This document shows positions 38,846 to 48,755 of a stretch of DNA of 52,551 nucleotides, in pieces. Origin of the DNA: Cypionkella sp. Its GTDB lineage: Bacteria; Pseudomonadota; Alphaproteobacteria; Rhodobacterales; Rhodobacteraceae. The notes below the pieces were generated by a model that ran no database searches, was not told the DNA's origin, and was given only the letters and a program-made list of their open reading frames with translations. Position 1 is the stretch's first letter; each line of letters begins with the position of its first letter. Both the position numbers and the translations under genes were made by a program. The DNA lies in NCBI GenBank assembly GCA_043766915.1, contig JAYUHO010000302.1, positions 1 through 52,551 on the forward strand, written 5' to 3'.

Positions 38846-39648
38846 ACGGCGTCCTTTCGGCGGATCAGCAGCGGCGCAAACACCTCTCCTTGCCGCAACT
38901 GCACCTGTCCGCGCTTGGCCAATTCCAGAATGGCTGCAAAATGCGCCGCTGTGGCCGATCTGCGCCGTTCCGGGCTGAGGTTCCAGCCTTCGGGCAGAAA
39001 ACTGGTCAAGTCAGCCCAGTCACCGGCATAGCCCAGCAGGCCACGCATGCGGTCCAGCGCCTGTTCCATCGTGTAAATGTTCTGCCGATCAAAGGCATAG
39101 GGCCGGAATTCATCTTTGGTGCGAATGCGGGCATAGGCGCGCATCAGGTCCAATAACGTGGCCCCATAGGTGATCTTTGTGCGCCGCATTACGTCTTCCG
39201 GCACGCCACGGACGAAGAAATCACGCCCCAACTGATCGCGCCCCATCAGCCGTGCGGCGGCATCGCGCATTGCGGCAAGGCGTTCCAGCTGAAACGCCAG
39301 ATGCGACGCCAGATCATCGGCAGATGGCCCCGGATCGCCGGGTTCGTGCGGCAGCAGCAGGCGCGATTTCAAAAACGCCAGCCAAGCCGCCATCACCAGA
39401 TAATCCGCCGCCAGTTCAAGCCGCAAGTCCTGCGCCCGGGCGACGAAGGTCAGATACTGCTCGGCCAGTTGCAGCACCGATATGCGCCGCAGATCCACTT
39501 TTTGGGTGCGAGACAGCATCAGCAGCAGGTCAAGCGGGCCTTCAAAGCCGTCGATATCAAGGATCAACGCCTCATCGGCCTGGCGGTCAGCCGCCATCGG
39601 ACGGCCCAATTGGCCCCAATCATCTGTATCGGTTTCAGCCATCTGCAC
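38842..39648 (-). CDS. scpA: Segregation and condensation protein A
   Basis: 268 aa with FEGPLDLLLMLSRTQKVDLRRISVLQLAEQY. Confidence 0.92.
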   Translation of the reverse strand: MQMAETDTDDWGQLGRPMAADRQADEALILDIDGFEGPLDLLLMLSRTQKVDLRRISVLQLAEQYLTFVARAQDLRLELAADYLVMAAWLAFLKSRLLLPHEPGDPGPSADDLASHLAFQLERLAAMRDAAARLMGRDQLGRDFFVRGVPEDVMRRTKITYGATLLDLMRAYARIRTKDEFRPYAFDRQNIYTMEQALDRMRGLLGYAGDWADLTSFLPEGWNLSPERRRSATAAHFAAILELAKRGQVQLRQGEVFAPLLIRRKDAV

Positions 39649-40648
39649 CCTGCCCTGACAGCTGCGAAAATTCGGCTTCTAAATCCGCAATGTCAACGGA
39701 TTCGGGATTAATACGACGGGCCAGCACTGCGGATGCACGGGATTGCGCGGCGGCAGTCATGTTGCCCGCCGCCGCCGCAACGGCCATCATCTGCGCCAGA
39801 TCGCCCTTGCAATGCAGGGCAATATCGCACCCCGCCGCCATTGATCGGGATGTGCGATCAGACAGATCGCCAGCCAGCGCGTTCATATTCAGATCATCGG
39901 TCATCAACAGGCCATCAAACCCAATCTGGTCGCGAATCACTTTGATCATGTCTGCTGATTGCGTGGCCGGACGGAGGGCATCAATCGCCGAAAAAACGAC
40001 ATGCGCCGTCATTGCCATCGGCAAATCGTTCAATGCTCGAAACGGGGCAAAATCGGTTGCGGTCAGATCGGCCAGACTGGCGGTGACCGTCGGCAGATCG
40101 TGATGCGTGTCGGCGGTTGCGCGCCCATGTCCCGGCAGGTGTTTGATCACCGGCAGCACGCCCATCGCCAGATGCGCATCGGCGACGGCGCGGGCGATAC
40201 GCGTCACCGTTGCGGCGTCGGTGCCATAGCAGCGGTTGTGCAGAAACGGATGGGTGGCTTCGGTGGCGATATCGGCGACGGGGGCACAGTTGGCATCAAT
40301 CCCCAAATCGCGCAGTTCTGCGGCGATGATCATCGACCGCAGCGCCATCGCGCGGGCGGCGTGACGGCCCGCGCGGCGAACGGTGTCTAACGGTGGCGTC
40401 CATTCGCGCCAGTGTGGCGCGCGCAGGCGCTGCACCCGGCCACCTTCCTGATCAATCAAAACCGGCGCATCGCGGCCAACGGCGGTGCGCAGATCGCCCG
40501 TCAGGCGGCGCAGCTGATCAGGATTTTCGACATTGCGCGCAAAGATGATAAATCCGAAAGGGTCATAATCGCGAAAGAAATCACCCTCGTGCGCCGTCAT
40601 CACCGGGCCGTCGCAACCAAAGATGGCCGCGCCGCGCCCGATGGTCAT
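39635..40648 (-). CDS. nagZ: Beta-N-acetylhexosaminidase NagZ (GH3)
   Basis: Start at ATG 40648, overlapping the upstream stop (ATGA). Motifs IDQEGGRVQRL and KHLPGHG. The extra 63 aa of the maximal ORF are Arg-rich junk. Confidence 0.9.
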   Translation of the reverse strand: MTIGRGAAIFGCDGPVMTAHEGDFFRDYDPFGFIIFARNVENPDQLRRLTGDLRTAVGRDAPVLIDQEGGRVQRLRAPHWREWTPPLDTVRRAGRHAARAMALRSMIIAAELRDLGIDANCAPVADIATEATHPFLHNRCYGTDAATVTRIARAVADAHLAMGVLPVIKHLPGHGRATADTHHDLPTVTASLADLTATDFAPFRALNDLPMAMTAHVVFSAIDALRPATQSADMIKVIRDQIGFDGLLMTDDLNMNALAGDLSDRTSRSMAAGCDIALHCKGDLAQMMAVAAAAGNMTAAAQSRASAVLARRINPESVDIADLEAEFSQLSGQGADG

Positions 40649-41697
40649 CGTTGCGCGACCGGGATGCACGAGGCATTTTCGGCCAGAAGGGCGGCGCAGA
40701 ACCGGCGGGCTTCGTCCTCGTCGGCGAACCCATGTGCGCGCAGACGGTAAAAGGTGCGCCCGCCGCTTTGCGCCGATTGCACGACCATAGCCTTGCCGTT
40801 GATCAGCTCGGCAAAGCGGCCCGATAGCCTGGACCATTCCGCCCGCGCGCCCGGCTCATCGTCAAACGCGCCAAGCTGCACCAGCCGCGTCCCTGCGGCG
40901 ATGGTTGTCGGATCAATTTCAAGCGGTGCAACGGCGGCCACCTCTTGTACATCATTTACCGCTGCATCGGACGGTGCAACGGCATCAGATGCCACGGGCC
41001 GCAACCGGGGCCGCACCGATGCCACCAAGATTGGCGTGGTTTCAGAACCAGCATCGTCTGTTTGCGGCGCAAGCCCATCGCCACCATCGGCAAGGGCTGC
41101 GGCAAGGGCCAGTTCAACCGCCTCTGCCTGGGTTTGCGCCGGGGCCTCTTCGGCCATAACAACTTCAGGCTCGGCACTATCTGCGCCTAAATCTGTCGCT
41201 GCGATATCGGACGCTGCGATATCGGACGATGCGGCAATCGGATCGTCTGCCACGGCCACCGCGGCAAGCTGATCATTTGTCACGACCATTTCGGCGTCGG
41301 TCGCGGTCACCAGACCAGCCACATCTTCAGCGGCCAGTTCCGCCCCTTTCGGAGCAAGTGTCAGGCTATCGGGCAGCGGCATCGCAACGCCCGCCGAGGC
41401 AATTGCGTTCACCGACAGGCCCTGATGCGCCATCACATCGCCGCCCGGATTGTCGGGGGCCACGCGCAACGGCCCGGCCAGCGCGCGAAACACCGGGATG
41501 CCGTTCACATCCCGCACCGCCAGCTTGTATCCCCAAACCGCAAGGCCAACGATCAGAGCCACCGAACAGGCCGCCCCCGCCAGATTGACCAACCGGCTGA
41601 CCCGCCCATTTTGGGGCGCAGCATAGCCGCCATCGAAATCATCGAATTTCATATCCGCCATCTTTGCCTCGTGTGCCGGGGTGATACGTGCCACCAC
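40645..41697 (-). CDS. SPOR-domain protein (single TM, acidic low-complexity linker, C-terminal SPOR)
   Basis: C-terminus LVQLGAFDDEPGARAEWSRLSGRF...GRTFYRLRAHGFADEDEARRFCAAL. TM segment LAGAACSVALIVGLAVWGY. Confidence 0.85.
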   Translation of the reverse strand: MVARITPAHEAKMADMKFDDFDGGYAAPQNGRVSRLVNLAGAACSVALIVGLAVWGYKLAVRDVNGIPVFRALAGPLRVAPDNPGGDVMAHQGLSVNAIASAGVAMPLPDSLTLAPKGAELAAEDVAGLVTATDAEMVVTNDQLAAVAVADDPIAASSDIAASDIAATDLGADSAEPEVVMAEEAPAQTQAEAVELALAAALADGGDGLAPQTDDAGSETTPILVASVRPRLRPVASDAVAPSDAAVNDVQEVAAVAPLEIDPTTIAAGTRLVQLGAFDDEPGARAEWSRLSGRFAELINGKAMVVQSAQSGGRTFYRLRAHGFADEDEARRFCAALLAENASCIPVAQR

Positions 41698-41736
41698 AGC
41701 TTGATTTACCTGCTCGACCCGGCTGGGCGCTGTTGA

Positions 41737-43482
41737 TCAGCGCATTTCCTCTACCGGAGTAACTCCAAGGATACCCAAGCCCGCCGAAATCACAACGCCA
41801 GTGGCACGCGCGAGGGCAATTTTTGCCAAAGTTGTTGCTGCATTGCCCTCTTGGACAAAGCGCAAGCTGGGGTCATCATTGCCTTTGTTCCAAAGCCCGT
41901 GAAATTCCGACGCCAATTCATAAAGATAAAACGCCACACGGTGCGGTTCGTTTGACTTGGCTGCGATTTCCACAAGGCGCGGCCATTCGGCAATTTTCCG
42001 CGCCATTTCCAATTCAGCCGGATGGCCAAGCTGGGTGAAATCCGCCATCAACAGCGCCGCATCATCGCAGGCAACACCCGCCTCACGCGCCTTGCGGATC
42101 ACCGAATTGATCCGCGCATTGGCGTATTGCACATAAAACACCGGATTGTCTTTCGACTGCTCCAGCACTTTTGCGAAATCGAAATCCAGCGCCACGTCGT
42201 TCTTGCGCGTCAGCATCATGAACCGCGTCACATCCGCGCCCGCCTGCTCAACCACATCGCGCAGGGTCACAAAGGTGCCCGCTCGTTTTGACATCTTGAA
42301 CGGTTCGCCATTTTTATAAAGCTTGACCAGTTGCACCAGCTTGATGTCCAACGGCACGCGGCCCCCCGACAATGCCGAAACCGCCGCTTTCATCCGCTTG
42401 ACATAGCCGCCATGATCAGCGCCCAGAATGTCGATCAATTCATCAAAGCCCCGGTTCACTTTATCAAAGTGATAGGCGATGTCGGGGGCGAAATAAGTCC
42501 AGCTGCCGTCAGATTTCTGCACCGGCCGGTCCACATCATCGCCATGCGCGGTTGAGCGGAACAGCATCTGTTCGCGCGCCTCCCACTCATCCGTTGTCTT
42601 GCCTTTCGGCGGTTCCAGGGTGCCCATATAGATCAGGTCCATGCTGCGCAGGGTTTCTATCGCCGCTTCAATCTGGCCAGTGCCATAGAGCGCCTTTTCC
42701 GACGAAAACACGTCCATCTGAACGCCCAACAGCGCCAGATCTTCGCGTATCATCGCCATCATCATATCCGTCGAAAACGCGCGCAGATCGGCCAGCCAAT
42801 ACTGCTCGCCCTTGTCCAGCAGCGTGTCGCCGTATTTGGCCTTCAGCGCCTCGCCCACCGGGATAAGATAATCCCCGGGATACAGGCCCTCACGGATTTC
42901 AGGGTCCAGCCCGTGCGCCTCACGGTAGCGTTCATAGGCAGACCGTGCCAACACATCGACCTGCGCGCCGCCATCGTTGATGTAATACTCCCGCGTCACA
43001 TCCCATCCGGCAAAAGCCAGCAGGCGCGAAAGTGCGTCTCCCACCACAGCGCCGCGCACATGGCCCACATGCATCGGCCCGGTTGGATTGGCGGACACGA
43101 ATTCCACATTCACCCGCCGCCCCTGCCCGATGGCAGACGCCCCAAAGGACGCCCCATCGGTCAGCGCCGCCTTGACCACGCCTTGCCACATCGCGGGCGC
43201 AAGGGTCAGGTTCAAAAATCCCGGCCCCGCCACATCGGCGGCAATCACCCGCGGATCGGTCAGCAGTTTGGCCGCCAAAGCATCGGCAATCACGCGCGGG
43301 GCAAGGCCCGCCGGTTTGGCCAGCACCATCGCGGCATTGGTCGCCATATCGCCATGGGCTGCATCGCGCGGCGGCTCAACCGCAACCGCGCCCATATCCA
43401 AACCGCCGGGAAAAACCCCGTCCGCCGCCAAAGCGGCCAGGTTTTCCAGCACAAGGCTGCGGATTTCGGCGAAGAGATTCAT
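41737..43482 (-). CDS. argS: Arginine--tRNA ligase
   Basis: 581 aa with [12 protein letters not shown] (HIGH-type) and FKMSKR (KMSKS-type). Confidence 0.96.
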   Translation of the reverse strand: MNLFAEIRSLVLENLAALAADGVFPGGLDMGAVAVEPPRDAAHGDMATNAAMVLAKPAGLAPRVIADALAAKLLTDPRVIAADVAGPGFLNLTLAPAMWQGVVKAALTDGASFGASAIGQGRRVNVEFVSANPTGPMHVGHVRGAVVGDALSRLLAFAGWDVTREYYINDGGAQVDVLARSAYERYREAHGLDPEIREGLYPGDYLIPVGEALKAKYGDTLLDKGEQYWLADLRAFSTDMMMAMIREDLALLGVQMDVFSSEKALYGTGQIEAAIETLRSMDLIYMGTLEPPKGKTTDEWEAREQMLFRSTAHGDDVDRPVQKSDGSWTYFAPDIAYHFDKVNRGFDELIDILGADHGGYVKRMKAAVSALSGGRVPLDIKLVQLVKLYKNGEPFKMSKRAGTFVTLRDVVEQAGADVTRFMMLTRKNDVALDFDFAKVLEQSKDNPVFYVQYANARINSVIRKAREAGVACDDAALLMADFTQLGHPAELEMARKIAEWPRLVEIAAKSNEPHRVAFYLYELASEFHGLWNKGNDDPSLRFVQEGNAATTLAKIALARATGVVISAGLGILGVTPVEEMR

Positions 43483-43546
43483 TTGATCATTTCCTGATTT
43501 ACCCGTCTGGCAATGCCAGAGCGCGCAAGTCAGGTCAAGGTTCGCA

Positions 43547-44035
43547 CTATGTTTGCCCCGCCCGCCAATCGCTTAACGCAGGGTTTTCATCGGGTGCAGC
43601 AGAGGCAGCCCCACCCACTCCCGGCGGCATCACCAGCGGGCGGTTGCGAAAATAATACGTCTCGCGTGCGCCAAAGTAAAACGCCACCACCGCGCCCAAC
43701 AGCCACCACAGCGGTTCCGGCACAGCATTCAGCCCAACCATCCGACGGGCAAACTGCACCGGGTCGCACATCGCATAGATGAACAACCCGATGGTTCCAA
43801 AGGCCAGCATCGGACGGGGCAAACGGTTGATCCCATTCACCAACCGGTCAAACCAACCGACCGATGGGTTTTCATATTCCGCCCCCAACTGGCGCAGAGC
43901 CGCCATTTGCGCCTCGGCTGACAATTCCATCCGCTTGGTGGCCGAGGGCACGAACACCTCGGCCACCCCCCGCGCGGCATCGCCCAAAGCCGCCACTGCA
44001 CCGGGTGCTCCGACCAGATTGCCAATCATCCCCAT
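43547..44035 (-). CDS. 3-TM holin of the gene-transfer-agent type
   Basis: Start at ATG 44035 or 44029, the latter overlapping the endolysin stop as ATGA. The sequence begins [18 protein letters not shown] and includes [19 protein letters not shown] and [18 protein letters not shown]. Confidence 0.75.
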   Translation of the reverse strand: MGMIGNLVGAPGAVAALGDAARGVAEVFVPSATKRMELSAEAQMAALRQLGAEYENPSVGWFDRLVNGINRLPRPMLAFGTIGLFIYAMCDPVQFARRMVGLNAVPEPLWWLLGAVVAFYFGARETYYFRNRPLVMPPGVGGAASAAPDENPALSDWRAGQT

Positions 44036-44697
44036 GCCGCCACCCGTGCGCGGTGCTGGGCATCGGTCAGATGATATTTCGGGGCGATGAATTCCTCGGC
44101 GCGGATGATCCAACCGCCCTTGCCCCCCTTTGCGGTGCGCGCATATTTGCGGCTGGCAGGGCGGGCATCGGCAAGCGCGTAATAGTAGTTGCGCCGCGCA
44201 ATGCCGTAGGCATCGGCCAAATGGCCGGGGGCGGCCTCAGACGCCAGTTGCGCGGCGCGGACGGTTTGCGGCCCGATCTGGCCATCCGGATCGCACGGGT
44301 ATCCCATATCGGTCAGCAAGCGTTGCAAAACCTTCACCGCATTGCCGCCCGCGTTGACATACATGTCAAACACCGACGGCTGCAGCGGTTCAGGCAAACC
44401 CGCAAGCCCGGTGCGGCGAAAGTAATGTTCCACATAGATATCAACGGCTTGACTTGCAGAAAGCCTGCGCACGTCCTCGACATCAATACGCGCATCCCCG
44501 GTGATATCTATCCCCAGACGGCGCATGGTGTGGATCGTCACGCCGTGGTTCGTGGCCCCGCCCGGATCAGCCGGATCATTCACAAAGCCGCCCTCACGCG
44601 CCACAATCTGCGCCGCCAACTCTTGCACGGATACCATTCCAGCCCCCATCGGATTGCCCGACAGCCATGCTGCACCACCGCCGTTAACGCGGGCCAA
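44026..44697 (-). CDS. Endolysin: GH108-type muramidase N-domain plus peptidoglycan-binding C-domain
   Basis: REGGFVNDPADPGGATNHGVT is the GH108 hallmark. The C-terminal part is PG_binding_3-like. The true start is probably ATG 44649 or 44637, not 44697. Confidence 0.8.
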   Translation of the reverse strand: MARVNGGGAAWLSGNPMGAGMVSVQELAAQIVAREGGFVNDPADPGGATNHGVTIHTMRRLGIDITGDARIDVEDVRRLSASQAVDIYVEHYFRRTGLAGLPEPLQPSVFDMYVNAGGNAVKVLQRLLTDMGYPCDPDGQIGPQTVRAAQLASEAAPGHLADAYGIARRNYYYALADARPASRKYARTAKGGKGGWIIRAEEFIAPKYHLTDAQHRARVAAWG

Positions 44698-44719
44698 CCG
44701 GGGCGCGCGCCGGCATCTC

Positions 44720-44806
44720 TATAATTTAGCTAAAATTTTCGCTTTTTCTGTTCAAAAATATCCCACGGGGGAGGTGGCAATTGCCACCAGGGGGTGTGAA
44801 ACCCCC
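44720..44806 (-). repeat. Family-1 modular intergenic repeat, copy 5
   Basis: Reverse complement: GGGGGTTTCACACCCCC, then the palindrome GGTGGCAATTGCCACC, then CCCCCGTGGGATATTTTTGAACAGAAAAAGCGAAAATTTTAGCTAAATT. It points toward the endolysin gene. Confidence 0.85.
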
Positions 44807-44831
44807 GCTTCCGGCGTACATTGCCACGAAA

Positions 44832-45284
44832 TTACTGCGAAGGCGCCACATAAACCCCTTGCGCCTTCAAACTGTCGATCACCTCTTTGGGCATATACGA
44901 CTCATCATGCTTGGCCAAAATCTCGGTGGCCACAAACGTGTCGCCCTCCATCGCACCGGTGCCGACCATGCCCTGCCCTTCCGCAAACAGGTCTGGCAGC
45001 ACCCCGGTATAGCGCACGGGCACTGATTTATTGGTATCGGTCACCGTAAAGCTGATTGTTTCGCCCTGCCCGCGCACAAGGCTGCCGTCCGACACCAACC
45101 CGCCGATGCGAAACACTTCGCCCACGCGCGGAGGATCGGTCAGCACCTGACTGGGCGAGCGGAAAAAATTGATCCCGTCGCGCATGCCATAGCCAATCAG
45201 CGCCGTGGCCCCGATCAGCGCCACAAAGGCCAGCACGATCACTTGAATGCGTCGCTGTTTTTTCAGCCCCTTTAGACCAGCCAT
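44832..45284 (-). CDS. ccmE: Cytochrome c maturation heme chaperone CcmE
   Basis: 150 aa with an N-terminal TM, FRIGGLV, and the heme-binding region LAKHDESYMPKEV. Confidence 0.93.
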   Translation of the reverse strand: MAGLKGLKKQRRIQVIVLAFVALIGATALIGYGMRDGINFFRSPSQVLTDPPRVGEVFRIGGLVSDGSLVRGQGETISFTVTDTNKSVPVRYTGVLPDLFAEGQGMVGTGAMEGDTFVATEILAKHDESYMPKEVIDSLKAQGVYVAPSQ

Positions 45285-45293
45285 CTGAACCCC

Positions 45294-46322
45294 TTACGGA
45301 AAAATTGGCGCCAGCATCAGGCCATCGGTTTCATCCAGCCCCAGCATCAGATTGGCGTTTTGCAACGCCTGCCCCGATGATCCTTTGGTCAGATTGTCCA
45401 GCACCGATACCACCACGGCGCGGCCGGGCAGCCGATCACCGATCACCCCCAGATGACAATAGTTAGACCCCGCGATATCGCGCGTCGAGGGCAGTGCGCC
45501 AAAGGGTAGCACCTGAATAAACGGCTCTGTCATGTAGGCGTCAGCCAAAACGCGGTGAATGGTCAGCGGATCACCCTGCACATAGGTGGTGGCCAGTATC
45601 CCACGGTTCATCGGCAACAGATGCGGGGTGAACTGAATATGCACCGGACGGCCCGCCAGCAGGCTGAATTCCTGATCAAACTCGCCCAGATGTCGATGCG
45701 TGCCGCCCGCAGAATAGCTGTATGTGCCGCCCGACAGTTCGGCATGCAGCAGATTTTCCTTCAAAGACCGCCCCGCCCCGGACACCCCTGCTTTCAGGTC
45801 AATCAAGATGCTGTCCAGATCAATCACCCCCGCAGATATCAACGGGCGCAGCGCGAATTGGCCAGCGGCGGCATTGCACCCGGTGCCCGCCACCAGACGG
45901 GCGGCGCGAATATCCTCGCGGTAAAACTCGGTCAGCCCATAGACGGCCTCGCGCTGTAAATCGGGGGCGCTGTGCGGTTGGCCGTACCATTTTTCATATT
46001 CCGCCACATCGCGCAGCCGGAAGTCCGCTGACAGATCGACGATTTTCAGCGTTTTGGGCAGGGCCTGCACAACCACTTGGGTGGTGGCATGCGGCAGCGC
46101 GCAAAAGCACAGATCGACCTGCGAAAAGTCGATCTCGTCGATCTTTTGCAGGCGCGGCAGCTCAAGATGGCGCAGAAACGGAAACACCGAGGCCATCGTC
46201 AGTCCGGCCTTGCGATCCGCCGAAAGTGCCACGATTTTCATCGAAGGATGCGTGGCTATCAGGCGCACAAGTTCCGCACCCGTATACCCCGAGGCCCCAA
46301 GAATGGCGATCCGCTGCATCAT
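45294..46322 (-). CDS. argC: N-acetyl-gamma-glutamyl-phosphate reductase
   Basis: Start at ATG 46322 ([21 protein letters not shown]). Active-site region GTGCNA. The maximal ORF adds 19 Arg-rich residues. Confidence 0.92.
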   Translation of the reverse strand: MMQRIAILGASGYTGAELVRLIATHPSMKIVALSADRKAGLTMASVFPFLRHLELPRLQKIDEIDFSQVDLCFCALPHATTQVVVQALPKTLKIVDLSADFRLRDVAEYEKWYGQPHSAPDLQREAVYGLTEFYREDIRAARLVAGTGCNAAAGQFALRPLISAGVIDLDSILIDLKAGVSGAGRSLKENLLHAELSGGTYSYSAGGTHRHLGEFDQEFSLLAGRPVHIQFTPHLLPMNRGILATTYVQGDPLTIHRVLADAYMTEPFIQVLPFGALPSTRDIAGSNYCHLGVIGDRLPGRAVVVSVLDNLTKGSSGQALQNANLMLGLDETDGLMLAPIFP

Positions 46323-46382
46323 GGTCGTCCTTTGTCTGCGCCTTGCCGCAGATGTGGCGGTGCGGGGGCGCAGATGCAAGGG

Positions 46383-46481
46383 GAAATGAGAGCGGTTCAG
46401 GTTTGTGTGACCGCAGACGTCGCTGCGCCTTGTGCCCCCCGAATGCGATGTCGGATGCCCCTGTTTCCGTCAAAACCTGAC
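46383..46481. repeat. Family-2 long imperfect hairpin element, copy A
   Basis: GAAATGAGAGCGGTTCAGGTTTGT ... TCAAAACCTGAC. The arms pair over most of the ~100 nt. It shares its ends with copy B. Confidence 0.7.
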
Positions 46482-46508
46482 TTGCGTTAAGGGGATACGG
46501 GCCGGGTG

Positions 46509-48755
46509 TCAGACAAAGATCAGATCATCCGCCAGCGCCAGTTTGGTGGTGTTCGTCACCGTAAAGCTGTCACCTGTTGCCAGTTGAAACACCACATTTC
46601 CACCGATTTCGGTGGCCAAACCGAGGGCTTTGGTAACCGTGTTGGCCGCCCCAAAACCGATAATTGCCAGCGTGTCGATGTTGTCCTGAAAATCCATCAC
46701 CCGGTCTGCGCCGGACCCCGGCTTGAATACAAAGACATCGGCACCCTCGCCACCAAACAGCGTGTCCGCCCCGCTGCGCCCCCAAAGCCGGTCATCGCCG
46801 CCCATACCCGAAAGGACATTTGCCCCCGCGCTGCCGTATAGCCCGTCGCCGAAGGCCGAGCCTTCAAGGTTTTCAACGCTGACAAACACGTCCCCCTTAG
46901 CATCGCCCACGCTGACAAAGGTTTTCGACACCCCAAGGTTGGCCACCACACCTGCGGTCGCCGAGATGTAGCTGGCGGTATCATTTCCCCCGCCACCGTC
47001 CAATCGGTCGGCGCCAGACCCGCCTTGCAGCACGTCATCGCCCGCCTCCCCCAGCAGCACATCGGCCCCGGCCATACCCAACAGCTGGTCTTTGCCCGCG
47101 CCTCCCAGCAACCGGTCTGCGCCACTCCCGCCGGTGATTGTATTGTTTTGCGCATTGCCCGTACCAGTGAAGGCCACAGCCCCCGTATAGGTCAGGTTTT
47201 CAACGAATTTGAACTGAGTGGCCGCCAAGGACAGCGTGGCCAGACTGGTCTGCACCGTATCGGTGCCCGCGTTGGCATATTCCACGATGGTATCGGTGGC
47301 CGAGGCAAGAACATAGGTATCGTTCCCGTCTCCTCCGGCCAGCGCGTCATTGCCAAGCCCGCCGTCCAATGTATCTGCGCCGGCACCGCCAAACAAATGA
47401 TCAATCCCGCCACCACCTTCCAGACGATCATCGCCTGACTGGCCAAACAGGAAATCATCCGCTCCAGCCCCTGACAGCACATCACGGCCGGTGCCGCCAT
47501 AAAGGAAATCATTCGACAGGTCGGTACCGGTCAGCGTGTCATCGCCGCCAAAGCCAAAGCCGAAGCCCGCCTTTCTGACCGTGTCAAACAGCGCCTCGCC
47601 CGCCGTCACCTGATAGATTTCATTGCGCAGCTTGGCGTCCACCATCGAGATCACCACCGCTTCGCCCGCCGCATTCGCCACCGGGTTCGATCCCAGCGAA
47701 TAGGCATCCATCGCATGGGCCAGCGAATGCTGATGGCGATAGTTCAGCGCGTTATTGCCCTCAACCGACAACAGATGCGCGCCCCCGGTTTGCAGCCCGG
47801 GATACCAGCCGATCCCGATGCCGTTTTCCGCAAACCAGTCATAGGCCGCCACGAAATAATCGCCAAAATTGGGCGAGTTGGCGGGGTTATCAACCGATCC
47901 GCCGGCATTGATCTCGGTGATCAGCACATCATCGCCCGCAACAGAGGCGTAAAGCAGGTCCAGCTTGGCGCGCAATTCCGCCGGAGAGGTCACATTCCCT
48001 GTGCCCATCCAGCCTGCATAAAGATGCGCCGACCAGACCAGATCATCGCCCACACCGCGCCGGATGTAATCCAGCGCCGATCCACCGTCGATAACCGTTC
48101 GATCCAGCGACAGAAAATCGCCGTTATAGCCCCAGCCGCCGACCAGAACCTTGCCCTCGGCACGCGCCTGCACCAGATCGGACAGCGCGATCATATGGTC
48201 GGCGTAAAGCTTGGCAAAGCTGGCGACGGAATAGGTCGCGTCTGCACCATTGGCTTTGATGCTGTGACGGTATCCTGCGGATTCGTTCATCAAATCCCAG
48301 CCATAGACCGCGTTTTTCACCGCGCCATGCCCATCCATCCAAGACATCATCTTGGTCCAGGCCCCGGACACATCCGTGTAATTTGCCCGCAACGCCGCAT
48401 CAGCCGCTGCATTCGACAGCGCCCCCCAAGTGGCATTGCCGATGCCAATGTTCTGCGCATCACCACCGCCATAGGTGATGGTCAACTTATACCCGGTCGC
48501 AGCGGCAGCGGCCAAAAACCGCTCCATCTGCGGATTAAGGGTGCCATCGGCGTTGAAGGAATATTCGTTGAACAGCACGCGCAGATTGTTCACCAACGGC
48601 AGGCCCTTGTGGATCGCCGCAACAAAACCTTCCGGATCGCCGTTCATTGCTACGGGGATCATCTGGGCCACGTCTTGCCATGTTTTGCCCGAGCCATCTG
48701 CAGCGGTGACCGCGATATTGATCATCTTTACAGCGCTGGTGTTTGATCCGGCCAT
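46509..48755 (-). CDS. Secreted glycoside-hydrolase-like (GH5-type NE...E pattern) protein with a long C-terminal RTX repeat region
   Basis: Start at ATG 48755 with AAGGAA upstream. The N-domain has WDLMNESAGY and VLITEINAG. The C-half holds many GGxGxD nonapeptides (GGAGADTLDGGLGNDALAGGDGNDTY...). Confidence 0.8.
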   Translation of the reverse strand: MAGSNTSAVKMINIAVTAADGSGKTWQDVAQMIPVAMNGDPEGFVAAIHKGLPLVNNLRVLFNEYSFNADGTLNPQMERFLAAAAATGYKLTITYGGGDAQNIGIGNATWGALSNAAADAALRANYTDVSGAWTKMMSWMDGHGAVKNAVYGWDLMNESAGYRHSIKANGADATYSVASFAKLYADHMIALSDLVQARAEGKVLVGGWGYNGDFLSLDRTVIDGGSALDYIRRGVGDDLVWSAHLYAGWMGTGNVTSPAELRAKLDLLYASVAGDDVLITEINAGGSVDNPANSPNFGDYFVAAYDWFAENGIGIGWYPGLQTGGAHLLSVEGNNALNYRHQHSLAHAMDAYSLGSNPVANAAGEAVVISMVDAKLRNEIYQVTAGEALFDTVRKAGFGFGFGGDDTLTGTDLSNDFLYGGTGRDVLSGAGADDFLFGQSGDDRLEGGGGIDHLFGGAGADTLDGGLGNDALAGGDGNDTYVLASATDTIVEYANAGTDTVQTSLATLSLAATQFKFVENLTYTGAVAFTGTGNAQNNTITGGSGADRLLGGAGKDQLLGMAGADVLLGEAGDDVLQGGSGADRLDGGGGNDTASYISATAGVVANLGVSKTFVSVGDAKGDVFVSVENLEGSAFGDGLYGSAGANVLSGMGGDDRLWGRSGADTLFGGEGADVFVFKPGSGADRVMDFQDNIDTLAIIGFGAANTVTKALGLATEIGGNVVFQLATGDSFTVTNTTKLALADDLIFV

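Noticed and set aside
43547-44697. Holin-endolysin pair as the edge of a prophage.
   Set aside because: There are no other phage-like genes, integrase, att-like repeats or tRNA junction around it. The flanks are argS and ccmE. It is better explained as a GTA-type lysis locus.
1454-44806. Whether the five family-1 repeats are a CRISPR array.
   Set aside because: The copies are 6-23 kb apart, in both orientations, and separated by ordinary genes. There are no regularly spaced short spacers and no cas genes.
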